IMG/VR virus record: IMGVR_UViG_3300047308_000012
Location: 1-37,214 of that record
From: a virus
Taxonomy: Duplodnaviria; Caudoviricetes
Strand: one strand, 5' to 3'
Length of the DNA: 37,214 bases
Both the position numbers and the translations under genes were made by a program. The number at the start of each line of letters is the position of its first letter. Within the stretch, counting starts at the first letter, position 1. Positions 34,499 through 37,214 of the stretch are shown here, in pieces. Below the pieces are notes generated by a model. It saw only the letters and a program-made list of their open reading frames with translations. It did not search any database and was not told the DNA's origin.

Positions 34499-35752
34499 TT
34501 ATGGTTTTCCGATACTAAAGCCGGGGAATTGAGGATTTGTAATCACGTTGGCCGCAGGGCTTGCGCCTTCCGCAGCCATGTCCTTGGTTGAAAACTGATT
34601 CTTACGCTCTTTCATTAAGCGAAGCACAGTTTTACCCGCTTCTTTTCTAATCGCTGTGGGCAACGTAGGATCGGCTAATTGACCAGCCGCTGCCTTGTAC
34701 GATGCCGTGTCCTTGTCGGATTGCGGTCCCTCAAAACGAGGAACCATTTTAAGCGCCAAATCGGCAACAGGTTCAATTTTTCCGATTGCAATTGCGCCGG
34801 GGGTTGCTTGACCAACAAAACTTGCGCCAAGGTCAACCAATCGACCTGCGCCGCTGCCTGTGGATTGGTCAATCAAACCGCCATCTTTTGTAATGTCACC
34901 CAGTTCCTTAATTGCAAAATCAAGGTCTTTACCCAACTGCGCTTTTTGCGCGGTTGCTTTTTCAGCAAACGCAGAAGGTTTGCCCTTGACTGGCGTGCCA
35001 CCCATAGTCGCAGGCGTGACCGCGCCTGTGTCCATGTTCACAAGGCCAATACTGCCGTCACTCAGCGTCACTTGCTGTGTTCGTGGAGCGCGTTCTGGGC
35101 GCGGTGCTGGTGGGGGCCGTTTTGCAGCTTCACGGGCAATTACAAAGTCTTGGTACGAACCTTGGAAGTTGCCGCCTTCAGGCGAACGCGCAAAGTTAAA
35201 TTCAGCAACCATTGCAGGCTGCGCCGCCACTTGTGGGCGCTCGGGCGGCTCAATGTAACTCATTGTTCGGGGGTCAAACACTCGATTGCCCACTGTTTTA
35301 GGCATCTGCGACTTCATCCACTCGATCATACCCAACGCCTCTCGCTGGCGATAATTTTCAAACTCAGTCGGATCGTCCGAGATTTCAGCAAGGGCTTGGT
35401 CTAGCGTTGCAGCTTGGGACAGAACAGGCGCTAAGTCAGGGTCAGCGTATTGCATCTTGACCAGTTCGCGGGCAGCAGCGGGGGTTGGCGCACGAAGCAA
35501 CCGTTCCCGAAACATCCCGGTTTTCTCCGCAGCCTTGTTCCTAGTGCGAGTTTCTTCTTGCGTCTGGATTTGGCCTGTCAACTGTTGACGACGAAGGGCG
35601 TTTAACTCTTGATCTTGCGCCATTTTTTCTCGCGCCAACAGAGCGTTTTGCTGCGCTGCTTCGCGGTCCATCGTGGCCTGCTGACCTTGGAAAAAAGCAT
35701 TGACGGGGTTTGATCCGCCTGCGGGTCGAAGTAAATTGAAATCAAGTGCCAT
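34499..35752 (-). CDS. DNA-ejection protein
   Basis: 417 aa, Gln/Ala-rich; PRFEGPQSDKD; synteny. Confidence 0.65.
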   Translation of the reverse strand: MALDFNLLRPAGGSNPVNAFFQGQQATMDREAAQQNALLAREKMAQDQELNALRRQQLTGQIQTQEETRTRNKAAEKTGMFRERLLRAPTPAAARELVKMQYADPDLAPVLSQAATLDQALAEISDDPTEFENYRQREALGMIEWMKSQMPKTVGNRVFDPRTMSYIEPPERPQVAAQPAMVAEFNFARSPEGGNFQGSYQDFVIAREAAKRPPPAPRPERAPRTQQVTLSDGSIGLVNMDTGAVTPATMGGTPVKGKPSAFAEKATAQKAQLGKDLDFAIKELGDITKDGGLIDQSTGSGAGRLVDLGASFVGQATPGAIAIGKIEPVADLALKMVPRFEGPQSDKDTASYKAAAGQLADPTLPTAIRKEAGKTVLRLMKERKNQFSTKDMAAEGASPAANVITNPQFPGFSIGKP

Positions 35753-35761
35753 GATCAGTCC

Positions 35762-36493
35762 TTACAGATATTGCCCAAGGTCTTGGTTACCGTAAGCCAA
35801 TCCAGAACCAAATCCAGAACCACCCATAGGTGTTTGACTAAAAGCCGCTTGAGTGCCACCACCACCATAGTAGCGGCCTGCCAGATTGGCCAATTGGTTT
35901 GTAGTGTCACCGTAAGCAGACGCACGCGCCATCCCGGCGTTGCCCATTACGTTGGCTTGGTTCATGCCGATGTTGCCCATCGTGTTGGCAAACTGTGTGC
36001 CAGCAGTGCCCAGCGTGTTGGCGCTGGTTTGACCGACACCAGCCAGCGATTGCAACGGGTTGAGGCGAGCGCTGCGTTCGGTCTGGTAACGGTTGAAGGC
36101 GTTTTGGTATTCTTGGGAACCCATCTCTTGACCGTAGCGCTGTGCGGCTTTGAGCGCACCACCAGAGATCAGGCCACCTCGCATTGAGGCTTGGCGATCC
36201 AACGCCTTCATGCCTTCAGACATGCGGAAGCCATAGCCGGGGTCTTCTTGGAATTGTTGCATCCCAAACGGCGTGTACTCGGACGCAAGCGGAGCTAGTT
36301 TGTTCAGCGCGTTAACGCCTGCCTCACGAAACGGTGCTTGCAACTCGATGTTGCGCTCAAACATTTCGCGTTGCAGATTGCTGGCCCTATCGCTCGCCGC
36401 AGCAGCAGTGTCAGCCGCGCCTTGAGCAGCTTTTGCAGACTGTCTACCGCTATAAACGGAAGCCGCCGCCGCGATAATTGCTGGCCATACCAT
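35762..36493 (-). CDS. DNA-transfer/pilot protein (P22 gp7-like)
   Basis: 243 aa; QAPFREAG, DPGYGFRMSEG, GGLISGGALKA, SQEYQNAFNR; TAAGGAG RBS. Confidence 0.78.
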   Translation of the reverse strand: MVWPAIIAAAASVYSGRQSAKAAQGAADTAAAASDRASNLQREMFERNIELQAPFREAGVNALNKLAPLASEYTPFGMQQFQEDPGYGFRMSEGMKALDRQASMRGGLISGGALKAAQRYGQEMGSQEYQNAFNRYQTERSARLNPLQSLAGVGQTSANTLGTAGTQFANTMGNIGMNQANVMGNAGMARASAYGDTTNQLANLAGRYYGGGGTQAAFSQTPMGGSGFGSGLAYGNQDLGQYL

Positions 36494-36556
36494 AATATTC
36501 TCCTTATTGCGCTATATCTGCGATTGTACTGACGAAGCCGTCAAAAGGGTGCAACA

Positions 36557-36892
36557 TCATGTGATCTCACGTCCGCTGATACGGACGTTCAGGCCCGTGT
36601 TGTTGCTGGCAATGATCGAGACAAAGTTTTCTTGGTTCAGCACTTGACCCACGATCTCTGGCCAAGTGTACGTCTCCTTGGGCTGAAACGTGTGCTTGGC
36701 CACATAGTAGGCGTCACCTACCGTGCCGCCTGCTGGCACGATGCTGATCGTCATCTCGCGGACTACTGAGTCGTAGTTTATCGAGGTGACCTTATCCAAG
36801 ATGGTGGTCACGGCCAAAGGTGCGGTGTACACCGTTGTGTTGGCGTTAGGGATGATTTGGCCTTGGACCAAGGCTTTTGCTACAACTGCCAT
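36557..36892 (-). CDS. Small virion/tail-associated protein
   Basis: 111 aa; TTVYTAP...GQVL...ISGREIT; GGAG RBS. Confidence 0.72.
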   Translation of the reverse strand: MAVVAKALVQGQIIPNANTTVYTAPLAVTTILDKVTSINYDSVVREMTISIVPAGGTVGDAYYVAKHTFQPKETYTWPEIVGQVLNQENFVSIIASNNTGLNVRISGREIT

Positions 36893-36906
36893 TTTAAATT
36901 CTCCAG

Positions 36907-37214
36907 TTACACGCCGTAGCGCAGGGTTAACAAGGGGGTGTTGCTTGTACTGCGCGACAACACCGGGAAAGTCGTTGGCAATGTGCCGTAAGTTTGGACC
37001 GCAGTAATCAAGGTGTCAGCCGTACCAATCGCGCTAGTGCCAAGGGTAGACAGCGCATCGTCGCTTGGTGTGCCTGCGCGAATGGACGCGCCGTTGTTGT
37101 TTGGCAAAATGACCAACGCATACATGCCTGCTAGCAAAGGCGTAGACATTGTGATTTCTTTGGTCCCCGAGCTTTCTAAACCCAACGCGCCTGCGTCAAA
37201 CACCAGCTTGGTCG
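36907..37214 (-). CDS. Tailspike, 3' part (continuation of 1-1910 across the junction)
   Basis: 37203 maps to position 116, which is in frame with the ATG at 1910; ends ...TPLLTLRYGV*. Confidence 0.85.
   Translation of the reverse strand, partial: TKLVFDAGALGLESSGTKEITMSTPLLAGMYALVILPNNNGASIRAGTPSDDALSTLGTSAIGTADTLITAVQTYGTLPTTFPVLSRSTSNTPLLTLRYGV
37088..37214. repeat. Terminal direct repeat, right copy
   Basis: Identical to 1-127. Confidence 0.95.

Noticed and set aside
36523-36554. Internal promoter/hairpin upstream of the ejection genes (TACAAT; TGACG-gctt-CGTCA)
   Set aside because: Candidate -35 boxes lie 10 or 20 nt from the -10 and the stem is only 5 bp; too weak to call
37088-37214. 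Biological direct terminal repeat
   Set aside because: Exactly 127 nt and in the middle of a gene; best explained as assembler overlap

Overview
The window is an apparently complete, circularly assembled ~37.1 kb tailed-phage genome. Bases 1-127 repeat exactly at 37088-37214, so the unit length is 37,087 bp. The virion genes are podovirus-like (P22-type) and lie on the minus strand. In transcription order they are: small and large terminase, a basic peptide, a GroES-like co-chaperonin, portal, a ferritin-like protein, a 914-aa fibre, scaffold, coat, decoration proteins, gp4- and gp10-like tail proteins, a second fibre, a beta-helix tailspike that spans the contig junction (missed by the ORF track), three ejection proteins and a lysis cassette. 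The plus strand carries a small early-gene array and an APSE-like replication module (DUF2800 nuclease, DUF2815 SSB, HNH endonuclease, family-B polymerase, DUF3310, VRR-NUC, SNF2 helicase). A divergently transcribed primase-polymerase/DUF3987 gene lies between them. I see no integrase, tRNA, CRISPR array or reverse transcriptase. The most unusual signals are non-coding: (1) about ten ACCCAnTGGGT palindromes between divergent promoters; (2) a 75-nt structured RNA candidate between the SSB and HNH genes; (3) a synonymously T-shifted patch over polymerase motif A; (4) repeated leaders in front of the early genes; (5) a compact pseudoknot and a two-hairpin scaffold leader; (6) several unannotated micro-peptides. 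All family names come from motif recognition by eye, not from database searches.
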